From: Guillardia theta CCMP2712 | Lineage: Eukaryota > Protista > Cryptophyta | Assembly: GCF_000315625.1 (NCBI RefSeq) | Contig: NW_005434667.1 | Coordinates: 30,936-94,935 of the forward strand | Direction: 5' to 3' | DNA: 64,000 bases | Shown here: piece after piece, positions 1 through 9,144 of the stretch | How positions within the stretch are numbered: the stretch's first letter is position 1 | Layout: each line of letters begins with the position of its first letter | Notes under the pieces: model-generated | Seen by the model: only the letters and a program-made list of their open reading frames with translations | Database searches by the model: none | Told to the model about the DNA's origin: nothing | Position numbers and translations under genes: made by a program

Positions 1-153
1 CCACCCCGCCCCCATCTCGGGTCTATACGGAGCCTTCCACATGATTGCTTTACTCTCTTGCACTGAGTCTACGATCAGTCCGATCTCTTCGAATTTCTTC
101 TTCAGCTTTTCTTCATGGTTGACATACACCGAGGAGATGCCCAGGAGAGTCAT
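1..153 (-). CDS. partial ORF/exon running off the left edge (MTLLGISSVYVNHEEKLKKKFEEIGLIVDSVQESKAIMWKAPYRPEMGRG...)
   Basis: Open frame from ATG at 153 to the window edge with protein-like composition; no recognisable motif. Confidence 0.3.
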   Translation of the reverse strand, partial: MTLLGISSVYVNHEEKLKKKFEEIGLIVDSVQESKAIMWKAPYRPEMGAGW

Positions 154-2557
154 GGAGATGAAGGAACATGCCGTTCACTTTTAGCCCTTTCGTTAATTTC
201 TACTCTTCTTTTCGAGAAAGTTTTTTTTGGGGTGGCGTGTGAATTCAAACAAGTTTTCAACGGCAGCAAGAGATACCTCCAAAGAGTACCAGTGCAGTTT
301 AGTTATCATTTCTGCTAGGCCTTTACATGTATTTTAACTTTCATTTCAGAGGGTTGAAATGTTTTCAACCTCGTACACGCCCGACTCATGTCTCCCCTAC
401 ACGCCGGCACGTAGCACCAAAGCTGCTCCTCCAACGATGCCGCTGTAAGACCATCCGCTGCTGTAGCCAGCATCAGATCTCAGCATGCAAGGCTTTGTTA
501 GGTTTGAAGCTCTCTAGTCAGCACAGTTTGAGACCTGAGACCGCTAGGTTCGTGGTGATGCTTTCGGTGACAACAGAGTGTGCAGCAATGGCGTTGTGAG
601 ATCCATGGTTCAAAACGTTATTATGAAGAACAAGATGATGAAAACATGAGGTTTGAATCCAGTGTAGGAGATCGCTTGTCATTTTGACTTGACACCAACC
701 TTATGGCAGAATAATCATAAGATACTTCCCTGCGATGAATGATTTTTGAATTGCATCTTTTCCACATGCGATGCCTTGAAGATTTGTTTGATGGAGATTG
801 CATCATGTTGCAGATCCACGTAATTAGTCAAGCTCACTTGTTATATTAGACATCAAGCATTGCATAGATTGTTTCACAAGATTTCTGCATGCATTTCGCC
901 TACTGCAGTGAGGATGTTTGATTGCATGTAAACACTGATGCCGCCAGAGGCAATCAAGACATCTTAAGCCTTGAACACCGTCGAGAGTCTCCACTTCTGA
1001 GATTTGCAGAGTGTGTTGATTTCTTGATGCGTGGGATTAGTTTTGAGCGTTCATCTAGCTGTGATGTCGGACATTTGAACCGTCAACACAGTATGCACAC
1101 ATGTATTATCTGTTCTATTGTGAAATAAAGTGATCTCAGTCTTGCATTCGAGGCCATGCTAAAGAGCATTTCTGTATCTTCTTTCATTTAACATAAATGC
1201 AGAATGCATGCAGGGGTTGAATGATGATGAAAACATCGCTTCCCCTGTAGACCATTCCGACTCACTGTAAGCTTGGGATCGACATCACAAGTGGTAGTGA
1301 TCTGATTGCAGAAATCTTTATACATTCATGAGGTATCATTCTTTGCAATAATCTAATTACAATGACAACCGCAAGTAGCATCAAATACATGCGCAATGGT
1401 CAGCACAATAAGCCTCACATTGGTTTCTTCGTTGTGCCTGCATAGCAGAGATACATCAAAAAGTTGCAAATAAACCTAATTATGCACAATGTATGCTTGT
1501 AGCTCTAGTAAGCCACATTGATTGCTGTAGGATTCTCATCCTGTGGTTGAAACAGACTTTCCATGTCGCCACAGCTAGTGGAGCATGTTGATCCTTGAGC
1601 ATTTTGAATGCATGCTCAAGCAGAAATATGTGAAGATGTTGCTTTTGAGGATCTGAACTGCAAATACTTGAATGTTTCTAGCATATTTGCAAGATTGGAG
1701 TGCATGAAAGCACCTCATTTGCAAACTGATGGTGCAGCATTGTAAACCATACTTCCTCTCTGAATCCTCATACATACGGCTCTCATGCTTGAAACAACGA
1801 ATAAGGGAGCAGAAAAGGTGTATTCATCTTTTGCAATGTATTCTAAAGACATCTTCATTCCTAGACAGCTTTCTCTGTCATGCAGTCATGTAAGAGAAGC
1901 GGAATTCAAAACTTTCTTTCAAAGTCAGAGACTAAGAAAAGGTCTTAGTCTATCTACATGGATACATTAGACGATTAAATTCTCATCCACATTCAAGCAG
2001 CAATAGATTCGAAGCCTCTCACCATGATGACTTGTCGTTGCATGCGGGTGAAGGATCAAGCAGCCATCTCTTGCTTGCCCAGGGAGGGGGGATTTGGGGA
2101 AAGGAGAGTGGAGATAGCACCCTACCCCCTATTTCCCAATTTCAAACTCTTGAATCAAAGGGTAGATTTGTATTCTTTGCTAGCTACCCACCCCGCCTTT
2201 CGTAAAGGTGATGAAGGGGAACCGGGGGTATTGGCGTGGTGAGCTCCAACGGCAATCGAAATGCCTTCTTTTCCATTAGCACCCCCACGTACCGTGATAC
2301 AGTGAAATGCACGGGTATGAGAGAATCTTTCGGTCCTCTACCCCTCCAGACAAAGGAAGTCACTAGGGTGGAGGCTGATTCGAGACGCCTGTCGAAACCA
2401 CTTTAAAAGAATAGTACAGACTGTACCAGAGCCACTTCATCCGTACGTAGATGTGTACGATTGAAGCGCTGACTAAACAATTAAAATGAAGTGCTTCAAA
2501 AAGTAAGGCGGGGGACAGGGTACCACGCCAGTATAATTCAAATCACCCCACCCTACT

Positions 2558-3085
2558 TTATCCCTGTCTCACTACCCCCCAGTAATAGAGCAAAAACCGG
2601 GGTAGCTGAATGGAAGTGTGTATATGAACCCCTTCCCAAGGAGAAAAAAAAAGACCAATTTTGCTAGAGCCTGCATATGGCCTTGTGAACGGCATGGTCA
2701 CCTCGTTGCCTGCTGAGGCGGTGTATGTCTCGACCTTCTCCTTCTTGGCTTCTTCAATCTGCTGCATAAACCACTCTCTGGATGCGTCACTCCATCCAGT
2801 CATCGCTTCTTGCAGAAACTCACGTCGTGCCTGCTGACATGTCGAGCGGATGGCTTCTGCGATAGCGTCGGGGGTGCATCCCTCCACAGCCTTGCAAGCC
2901 TGGGCTGTCCTGCTGTTCGGATAACGCTTCGCGAAGCTCTTCACCCTCTCGACGAGATCAGCTTCGAGGACAGAGGCATCCACAAGTCCGCTCTGCGTGT
3001 ATTGGCATGATCTCCGATACAGCAGGTTGCGAACATTTTCATCATACTGAAGAACCATACTTAGAAAGCTATTTGAAGTATACAA
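2558..3085 (-). CDS. orphan ORF-A, copy 1 (paralogue of 5892-6314); C-terminal tail past ...KVETY is not homologous and may be a truncation junction
   Basis: MVLQYDENVRNLLYRRSCQYTQ...CTPDAIAEAIRSTC...EEAKKEKVETY aligns with copy 2, with many synonymous or conservative changes; DNA similarity spans about 2724-3150 vs 5976-6404. Confidence 0.6.
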   Translation of the reverse strand: MYTSNSFLSMVLQYDENVRNLLYRRSCQYTQSGLVDASVLEADLVERVKSFAKRYPNSRTAQACKAVEGCTPDAIAEAIRSTCQQARREFLQEAMTGWSDASREWFMQQIEEAKKEKVETYTASAGNEVTMPFTRPYAGSSKIGLFFSPWEGVHIHTSIQLPRFLLYYWGVVRQG

Positions 3086-3166
3086 ACCTCTTGCTTGCAG
3101 CTTCCTTGGCGCCCTGGCGGCTTCCCCTACACCTGACGAGGAGCCATGCTGCCGAAAATAACGGCG

Positions 3167-3186
3167 CCCTAAACCCTAAACCCTAA
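3167..3186 (+). repeat. interstitial telomeric tract T1, (CCCTAAA)2 CCCTAA
   Basis: ccctaaaccctaaaccctaa; supplies the TAG stop of the 575-aa ORF. Confidence 0.9.
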
Positions 3187-4896
3187 GTTCCTTTGCCTCA
3201 CAACCTCATACACGTGGAGTAGGACGTGCGCTGGGTCGAGCGTAAACCCTGCTTTATCTGTTCCCGCGGGGAGAGTCTGTGATTGTTTCTTCGTATGCCT
3301 CTCCATCGCGATGTTTTCCAGACCCTTCATGCTGATGTGGTAGAGCTCCTCCTTAATGGACTTGAAGGTGTTGTTGAGCCGAATGATCTGCGATCGGATG
3401 GACACGAGGAGCCGGTATCGCGCCCTCGCGGAGTTGTTGCCCCGCGCTCGCCTTGGCCTGGTCGCATCGGAGGTCGACTTCAGTTTCCCGAGAAAGATGC
3501 CATCAGGATCCTCCAGCCCCAATTGGAAGCGGGCTGAAACGATGGGGTTGGCATGGTTGGTGCGGTTCTTGATTGTGTCGATGACGTGTCTCATGGCCTT
3601 CGCTTGTTTTGCGGATTCGTTGGGTTTGTTCTGGATCTTCACGCGCTCTATCATGCCCTCGACCGCTGAGAGGAGGGCGTGGATGGCCTTTCCTATGTTC
3701 TCCTCCTTCTCCTTCACATGTCGGATGCTCAGAGTGTAGGAACGGAGCATATCGTTCACCCGCTTGTCGTTTTCGACGCTCATTTTGTTCCCGTTGACTG
3801 CAAACTCGTGGTAGACCGACTTGATGATGTGGTACATCGTTGCGGCACCGGAGAAACCGTACAGCGTGGCGATGCTGTCCATCACCTTGTTGTAGATCTC
3901 GGACATCTGTAGCAGCGCCGGTAGGGTTTCGTTGATCTGGAAGTCGCGCAGGATGATCAGCTTCTCGTTGAGTATGCGATTCCTTGCGAGGCGGATCCTA
4001 TCATTGGTCTTTCCCACAAGCTCCATCAGGGTCTTTTCAGTGTTCAAGACTCCGGGTAATGGATCGATGTCGGGCATGATGAGTTCGTTCATCGAGAACG
4101 TGTATCCCTCCTCAATGTCGATCGTGTCTTTCATCCGGTCTATCGCGCGCCTGATGTTCTTTGATTTGAGGAACATGAGGAAGAGGCTGCCGTAGTAATA
4201 CTGGATTGTTTTCTTTTTGTCGTCTAACTTGGTAGTCACCTCGCGCCTGATGGTGGGAAGAAGAATGTGGTTGATCGAATCTATTGTGCTCAGGCGACCC
4301 GCCACTATAGCGGCGATTGCTTCTCTGAGGAAATCGACGTTGCCTGTCCCATCATCGTCAATCGTATATCTATCGGAATGGGTGCCTGCTTTGATACGAT
4401 TCAGCTGTTGTTGTCGGAATAGCATATATGCCCTGGAAAAATCATCCTTTAGATCTGTCTCATCCTTGGTTGTGTCACCATAGAACGGGTTCATCAGCTG
4501 GTGACTGGGTAAATTTTCTGAATGAACGTAATAGCTTATCAGCTTGTTGTATATGGTTCTGATGTCCCATATTGCATACTTCATGCTTGTATGGAGCCTT
4601 TGTATCGCAGCCTTAAAAAGAACGAAGGTCTTTACAACGATCTCGGGTAGATACCCATTGATCTCTGTATCTATTTGATCCAGTGTTCGACTCAACACAT
4701 CGTGCGCGGTCGTAGCTCTTGCCATCGTGAAGATCATGGCTTCGGGTTTGAATAATTGCAGTATGTTCCTTTCGGGCTCATTAAACAACCAGTCTTCCGC
4801 ATATGATATATTATTCATTTTATCGATGAACTCATCAAATTGTAAATTTGTCATGCCAGGTCTGATATCTGTGAAAATCAGGTGATCTGTAACCAC
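3169..4896 (-). CDS. 575-aa intronless helical/coiled-coil orphan protein (ORF-D); first ATG at 4854
   Basis: Long open frame rich in I/L/K/E/D/R with a basic patch TRPRRARGNNSARARYR; last codons (LGFRV*) are encoded by TTTAGGG repeats. Confidence 0.7.
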   Translation of the reverse strand: MVTDHLIFTDIRPGMTNLQFDEFIDKMNNISYAEDWLFNEPERNILQLFKPEAMIFTMARATTAHDVLSRTLDQIDTEINGYLPEIVVKTFVLFKAAIQRLHTSMKYAIWDIRTIYNKLISYYVHSENLPSHQLMNPFYGDTTKDETDLKDDFSRAYMLFRQQQLNRIKAGTHSDRYTIDDDGTGNVDFLREAIAAIVAGRLSTIDSINHILLPTIRREVTTKLDDKKKTIQYYYGSLFLMFLKSKNIRRAIDRMKDTIDIEEGYTFSMNELIMPDIDPLPGVLNTEKTLMELVGKTNDRIRLARNRILNEKLIILRDFQINETLPALLQMSEIYNKVMDSIATLYGFSGAATMYHIIKSVYHEFAVNGNKMSVENDKRVNDMLRSYTLSIRHVKEKEENIGKAIHALLSAVEGMIERVKIQNKPNESAKQAKAMRHVIDTIKNRTNHANPIVSARFQLGLEDPDGIFLGKLKSTSDATRPRRARGNNSARARYRLLVSIRSQIIRLNNTFKSIKEELYHISMKGLENIAMERHTKKQSQTLPAGTDKAGFTLDPAHVLLHVYEVVRQRNLGFRV

Positions 4897-5230
4897 GTAG
4901 AATGTATTCCGATGACATACTGATTGGAATTCTATCAGGGATCGCCAAATTGAGAAGATCCGGGTTTGGATGAGTCATGAGATCGGGTACGAATATGAAT
5001 TCGCGCAATGTCCATTTGACCATCTTCTTCCAAAGCTGCATATGTCTTTCATTGTTTATCTTTTCGTACCATTCCTTGATCATTTGAACGGTTTTGTGAT
5101 GATACTTGAATTTGGGAATGGTGGTGTCGATGTCAGGGTCATATTTGTCGACCTCGAATAGCATGAATTGGTTGCGTGTGTATATCGCAGTGTACCTTTC
5201 ATAGCAAATGTATATCATTTCGTCGCTCAT
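4835..5230 (-). CDS. orphan ORF-C (~131 aa from MSDEMIYICY)
   Basis: ATG at 5230-5228 overlaps the TGA of ORF-B (5229-5227) as ATGA; AT-rich and intronless. Confidence 0.55.
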   Translation of the reverse strand: MSDEMIYICYERYTAIYTRNQFMLFEVDKYDPDIDTTIPKFKYHHKTVQMIKEWYEKINNERHMQLWKKMVKWTLREFIFVPDLMTHPNPDLLNLAIPDRIPISMSSEYILRGYRSPDFHRYQTWHDKFTI

Positions 5231-5895
5231 GATCCTTCTGCGTAATAGAAATTTTGACCCGATTTTGGCATGTTCCATTCACCGTACTTTTCCTGCAGAG
5301 ACAACAAGAAATCCTTCAATACGGTGTTGGTCTCGTATATTTTGAGCATCTCTTGGTAGAACACATCGTTCATCTTGATGATCCTGACTCTTTTGGCCTC
5401 GAATTTCTTTTCATCGGGTGTCAACCTAGACCATTCATCATCGCTCAAGAATGATCTTGGTTCAATAGGGAATTCGTTTCGTTGCCTATCATATTCTGCT
5501 TGATTTATTGCGTCCTCGTCACGTTCTTGTTCAGTTTTGTACGAATCATCTTCATCCGGGGATGAACGTTTGACGTTTGGCTTGTCATCATTCTTGGTTT
5601 GTTCTAATCTTCGCATTATTTCCATGTGTCTCTTGCGACCTCCAGATTGATCGTACTCATTCAATTCACGATATAGATCCTCTTGTTTTCTGCTCAATAC
5701 ACTCATCTTTGATTGCAATGTGTAAACCTTTTTGATTATATCACTTGGCCTTTCGGGTAGGAGTTCGACAAACGCTTTCTCGTGTAGGAGGTCGGCGAGT
5801 GTATGTTTTACATCCGGGAGCCATTTCCTCTCCGCCCCGTACGTCATAACGGACCGTCGGGAACGTATTGTACACACTGGGGTATTGCGCATCAT
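5227..5895 (-). CDS. 222-aa charged coiled-coil orphan protein (ORF-B)
   Basis: Open frame with heptad-like segments; its ATG overlaps the TGA of ORF-A copy 2 (ATGA at 5895-5892). Confidence 0.6.
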   Translation of the reverse strand: MMRNTPVCTIRSRRSVMTYGAERKWLPDVKHTLADLLHEKAFVELLPERPSDIIKKVYTLQSKMSVLSRKQEDLYRELNEYDQSGGRKRHMEIMRRLEQTKNDDKPNVKRSSPDEDDSYKTEQERDEDAINQAEYDRQRNEFPIEPRSFLSDDEWSRLTPDEKKFEAKRVRIIKMNDVFYQEMLKIYETNTVLKDFLLSLQEKYGEWNMPKSGQNFYYAEGS

Positions 5896-6314
5896 CCGTG
5901 CTCATGCCAGTCGGCGCGCCCAGATCCCTGCGATCGGGCGTGTCTGGGGCCTGCGGCGCGCCCTCGCCCGCCGATGTATGTCTCGACATTCTGCTTCTTG
6001 GCCTCCTCCATCTGTTGTATAAACCATGCTCTCGACTCTGAGCTCCATTCCCTCAGAGAGTCTTCAAACAGGTCGCGTCTCGCCTGCCGACATGTTGAGC
6101 GGATGGCTTCAGCGATAGCGTCGGGGGTGCATCCCCCCTCAGCTCTGCAAGCATGAGCTGTCCTACTACCAGGATACCGCTTCGCGAAGTTCTTCACCCT
6201 CTCGACGAGGTCGGCGGCCTCTTCGACGTGGCCTCCAGAGCGCTCGCCCTGCGTGTATTGGCATGATCTCCGATACAGCAGGTTGCGAACGCTCTCATCA
6301 TACTGTAGTACCAT
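5892..6314 (-). CDS. orphan ORF-A, copy 2 (140 aa)
   Basis: Paralogue of 2558-3085 with conserved reading frame. Confidence 0.65.
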   Translation of the reverse strand: MVLQYDESVRNLLYRRSCQYTQGERSGGHVEEAADLVERVKNFAKRYPGSRTAHACRAEGGCTPDAIAEAIRSTCRQARRDLFEDSLREWSSESRAWFIQQMEEAKKQNVETYIGGRGRAAGPRHARSQGSGRADWHEHG

Positions 6315-6402
6315 GCTTAGAAAGCTGTTTGAACTATACGAACCTCTTGCTCGCAGCTTCCTCCGGTCCCCTTGCGCTCTCCCTACGCGCCGCAGAGCAG
6401 CA

Positions 6403-6895
6403 TGCCTCTGTCAGGGGCCCGGTGCCTCTGTCAGGGGCCCGGTCCGGGTGCCTCTGTCAGGGGCCCGGTCTGCCTCTGTCAGGGGCCCGGTGCCTCTGTC
6501 AGGGGCCCGGTGCCTCTGTCAGGGGCCCGGTGCCTCTGTCAGGGGCCCGGTGCCTCTGTCAGGGGCCCGGTGCCTCTGTCAGGGGCCCGGTGCCTCTGTC
6601 AGGGGCCCGGTGCCTCTGTCAGGGGCCCGGTGCCTCTGTCAGGGGCCCGGTGCCTCTGTCAGGGGCCCGGTCTGCCTCTGTCAGGGGCCCGGTGCCTCTG
6701 TCAGGGGCCCGGTGCCTCTGTCAGGGGCCCGGTGCCTCTGTCAGGGGCCCGGTCTGCCTCTGTCAGGGGCCCGGTGCCTCTGTCAGGGGCCCGGTGCCTC
6801 TGTCAGGGGCCCGGTGCCTCTGTCAGGGGCCCGGTGCCTCTGTCAGGGGCCCGGTGCCTCTGTCAGGGGCCCGGTGCCTCTGTCAGGGGCCCGGT
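6403..6895 (+). repeat. tandem array of 20-bp unit TGCCTCTGTCAGGGGCCCGG, ~24 copies with a few small insertions
   Basis: Directly visible near-perfect tandem repeat with no spacers. Confidence 0.97.
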
Positions 6896-6921
6896 CCTAA
6901 ACCCTAAACCCTAAATCCCTA
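6896..6921 (+). repeat. interstitial telomeric tract T2
   Basis: cctaaaccctaaaccctaaatcccta abutting the 20-bp array. Confidence 0.9.
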
Positions 6922-7258
6922 TCGTTTCTTTTTTTCCGATCTGTAAAACTTGTATTCCTTTTTGGAGATTCTGCTCTTCCAACATGTCAGCGCGGCGGCA
7001 GAGCAGGGGGGAGGGACGAGGGAGAAGGTCCGCATGTACTAGCGTCACAAGGCGAAGATCACTCTTACCCTTTTTCCCCTCCCCTGCACCTTTCGTCATG
7101 AACACTCGGTAGCATCCCATTTCTTTCTTGATCAAGCACAAATTGACTGCATCCATTGACATTGTGAGAGAGTACCCATCTTGCATCTTTGTTGGGCCTG
7201 GTAGCTCCTCCTCCCCCCTAGTCTCCTTGTCGTTCTTCGAGGTTGGCGCTGTGTGCAT
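6911..7258 (-). CDS. 115-aa orphan ORF bracketed by telomeric tracts T3 and T2
   Basis: ATG about 10 nt from T3; stop TAG lies inside T2; no motif recognised. Confidence 0.35.
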   Translation of the reverse strand: MHTAPTSKNDKETRGEEELPGPTKMQDGYSLTMSMDAVNLCLIKKEMGCYRVFMTKGAGEGKKGKSDLRLVTLVHADLLPRPSPLLCRRADMLEEQNLQKGIQVLQIGKKETIGI

Positions 7259-7267
7259 TGCTTGTGG

Positions 7268-7301
7268 CCTAAACCCTAAACCCTAAACCCTAAACCCTAA
7301 A
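7268..7301 (+). repeat. interstitial telomeric tract T3, ~5 x CCCTAAA
   Basis: cctaaaccctaaaccctaaaccctaaaccctaaa. Confidence 0.95.
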
Positions 7302-7417
7302 CACTGATCCCCATATACCCTGGGACAAAGTCATTTAGCGCGGCCTGAGTATAAGGGGATGTGTCTAAATTGATCGGTTGTTGATCATTCCACTAAGTCC
7401 TAATACGCTGCGGGAAG

Positions 7418-7557
7418 CCGGTGCCTCGGGAAGGGGCCCGGTGCCTCGGGAAGGGGCCTGGCTAAACCCTAAACCCTCAAAGCATGCCTCGGGACTCAAA
7501 AAAGCCGGCCTGCAGTGCCTCGGGAAAAGCCGGCCACCTAACTAAACCCTAAACCCT
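7418..7557 (+). repeat. variant 20-bp units (GGTGCCTCGGGAAGGGGCCC x2 plus degenerate TGCCTCGGGA copies) interleaved with short telomeric tracts T4 (7462-7477) and T5 (7537-7557)
   Basis: Shares the TGCCTC...GGGGCCC frame with the main array; ctaaaccctaaaccct occurs twice. Confidence 0.8.
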
Positions 7558-8358
7558 TCACGGCATATACAATACTTTTATACCACCCGTTCTCTTCACA
7601 TGAAAATGCTGGGTTGCCCTCTTATTGTGAAACGGAACGGTTCATTTAGAACGGGTAGTATCTACTGAATTATGACCGGTTGTGAATTTAAAACATAGAT
7701 CTTAACCCCTTTCTGCAGATTAACTAAAGTGGGCGCGGTGCGTTCAGAAGGACATCAATAATAAACCAATACTACTACTACTACTCCTACTACTATACTC
7801 TAAAACCCTAGACCAAAAATGTCCTGCTGCTGGGAACCCTGCAGATCGCAATCTCCTGTACCCCCCGCCTTTTACTCTCAAATGACCCACCCTCCTATGG
7901 TACTTGGGGTGGGATTCCCACCACATGCCGCCATGCCGCTACAGTGGTGAATCTCTGATCCCCCTCCCCCCCCCCTCCCACTTTCTCCTTGTTGCACAAG
8001 GGGGGAAGCAGATCAACGGGATTTATGGCCGAGGAGGTCACCATCGCGACCTCCGGTCAGCTTTCTGCAATCTGAATCAACGTCGAAGGAACATGGAAGC
8101 TCAGCTGGCTCAGGAGGAGCTGATCCTTGCAGTGCTGCAAAACTCCAGGAGAGAGATCCCCTCATACTGAAACTTCTCCGTGACATCCACTGATGGACTT
8201 GGTACTTACCCAAATGGACTTTGTAAAATATCATATCTAGTAATCCCAATCAATAAATTAATATCAATGCAATCTCTTCTACTCCTTGATGAGCTCATCC
8301 TGCAGCTTCAACGTCAGCGAATGCAAATGCTGCCGGACCAAATCACCTCCTCCTCGGA

Positions 8359-9144
8359 NNNNNNNNNNNNNNNNNNNNNNNNNNNNNNNNNNNNNNNNNN
8401 NNNNNNNNNNNNNNNNNNNNNNNNNNNNNNNNNNNNNNNNNNNNNNNNNNNNNNNNNNNNNNNNNNNNNNNNNNNNNNNNNNNNNNNNNNNNNNNNNNNN
8501 NNNNNNNNNNNNNNNNNNNNNNNNNNNNNNNNNNNNNNNNNNNNNNNNNNNNNNNNNNNNNNNNNNNNNNNNNNNNNNNNNNNNNNNNNNNNNNNNNNNN
8601 NNNNNNNNNNNNNNNNNNNNNNNNNNNNNNNNNNNNNNNNNNNNNNNNNNNNNNNNNNNNNNNNNNNNNNNNNNNNNNNNNNNNNNNNNNNNNNNNNNNN
8701 NNNNNNNNNNNNNNNNNNNNNNNNNNNNNNNNNNNNNNNNNNNNNNNNNNNNNNNNNNNNNNNNNNNNNNNNNNNNNNNNNNNNNNNNNNNNNNNNNNNN
8801 NNNNNNNNNNNNNNNNNNNNNNNNNNNNNNNNNNNNNNNNNNNNNNNNNNNNNNNNNNNNNNNNNNNNNNNNNNNNNNNNNNNNNNNNNNNNNNNNNNNN
8901 NNNNNNNNNNNNNNNNNNNNNNNNNNNNNNNNNNNNNNNNNNNNNNNNNNNNNNNNNNNNNNNNNNNNNNNNNNNNNNNNNNNNNNNNNNNNNNNNNNNN
9001 NNNNNNNNNNNNNNNNNNNNNNNNNNNNNNNNNNNNNNNNNNNNNNNNNNNNNNNNNNNNNNNNNNNNNNNNNNNNNNNNNNNNNNNNNNNNNNNNNNNN
9101 NNNNNNNNNNNNNNNNNNNNNNNNNNNNNNNNNNNNNNNNNNNN
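8359..9144. other. assembly gap (N run) flanked by (TCC)n
   Basis: Run of n. Confidence 1.

Larger units (their letters stand above)
2558..7557 (-). mobile_element. candidate telomeric-repeat-punctuated mobile/viral element chain (no transposase, RT or capsid recognised)
   Basis: Five same-orientation CCCTAAA tracts, intronless co-oriented overlapping ORFs, duplicated leading gene, 20-bp tandem array, and a related fragment at 19.8 kb. Confidence 0.5.

Noticed and set aside
3169-4896. Assigning the 575-aa ORF to a Polinton-like virus, giant virus or retroelement protein
   Set aside because: No capsid, ATPase, polymerase, RT or integrase motif is recognisable by eye; it needs a profile search
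6403-6895. CRISPR array, or the 180-215 aa plus-strand ORFs across the 20-bp array
   Set aside because: Units are contiguous with no unique spacers, no cas genes are present and the context is eukaryotic; the ORFs merely reflect a stop-free repeat
7268-7301. True chromosome end
   Set aside because: Tracts are only 2-5 units long with complex sequence on both sides
7900-8358. Short plus-strand ORFs before the gap
   Set aside because: Short, motif-free and cut off by the gap; not supportable
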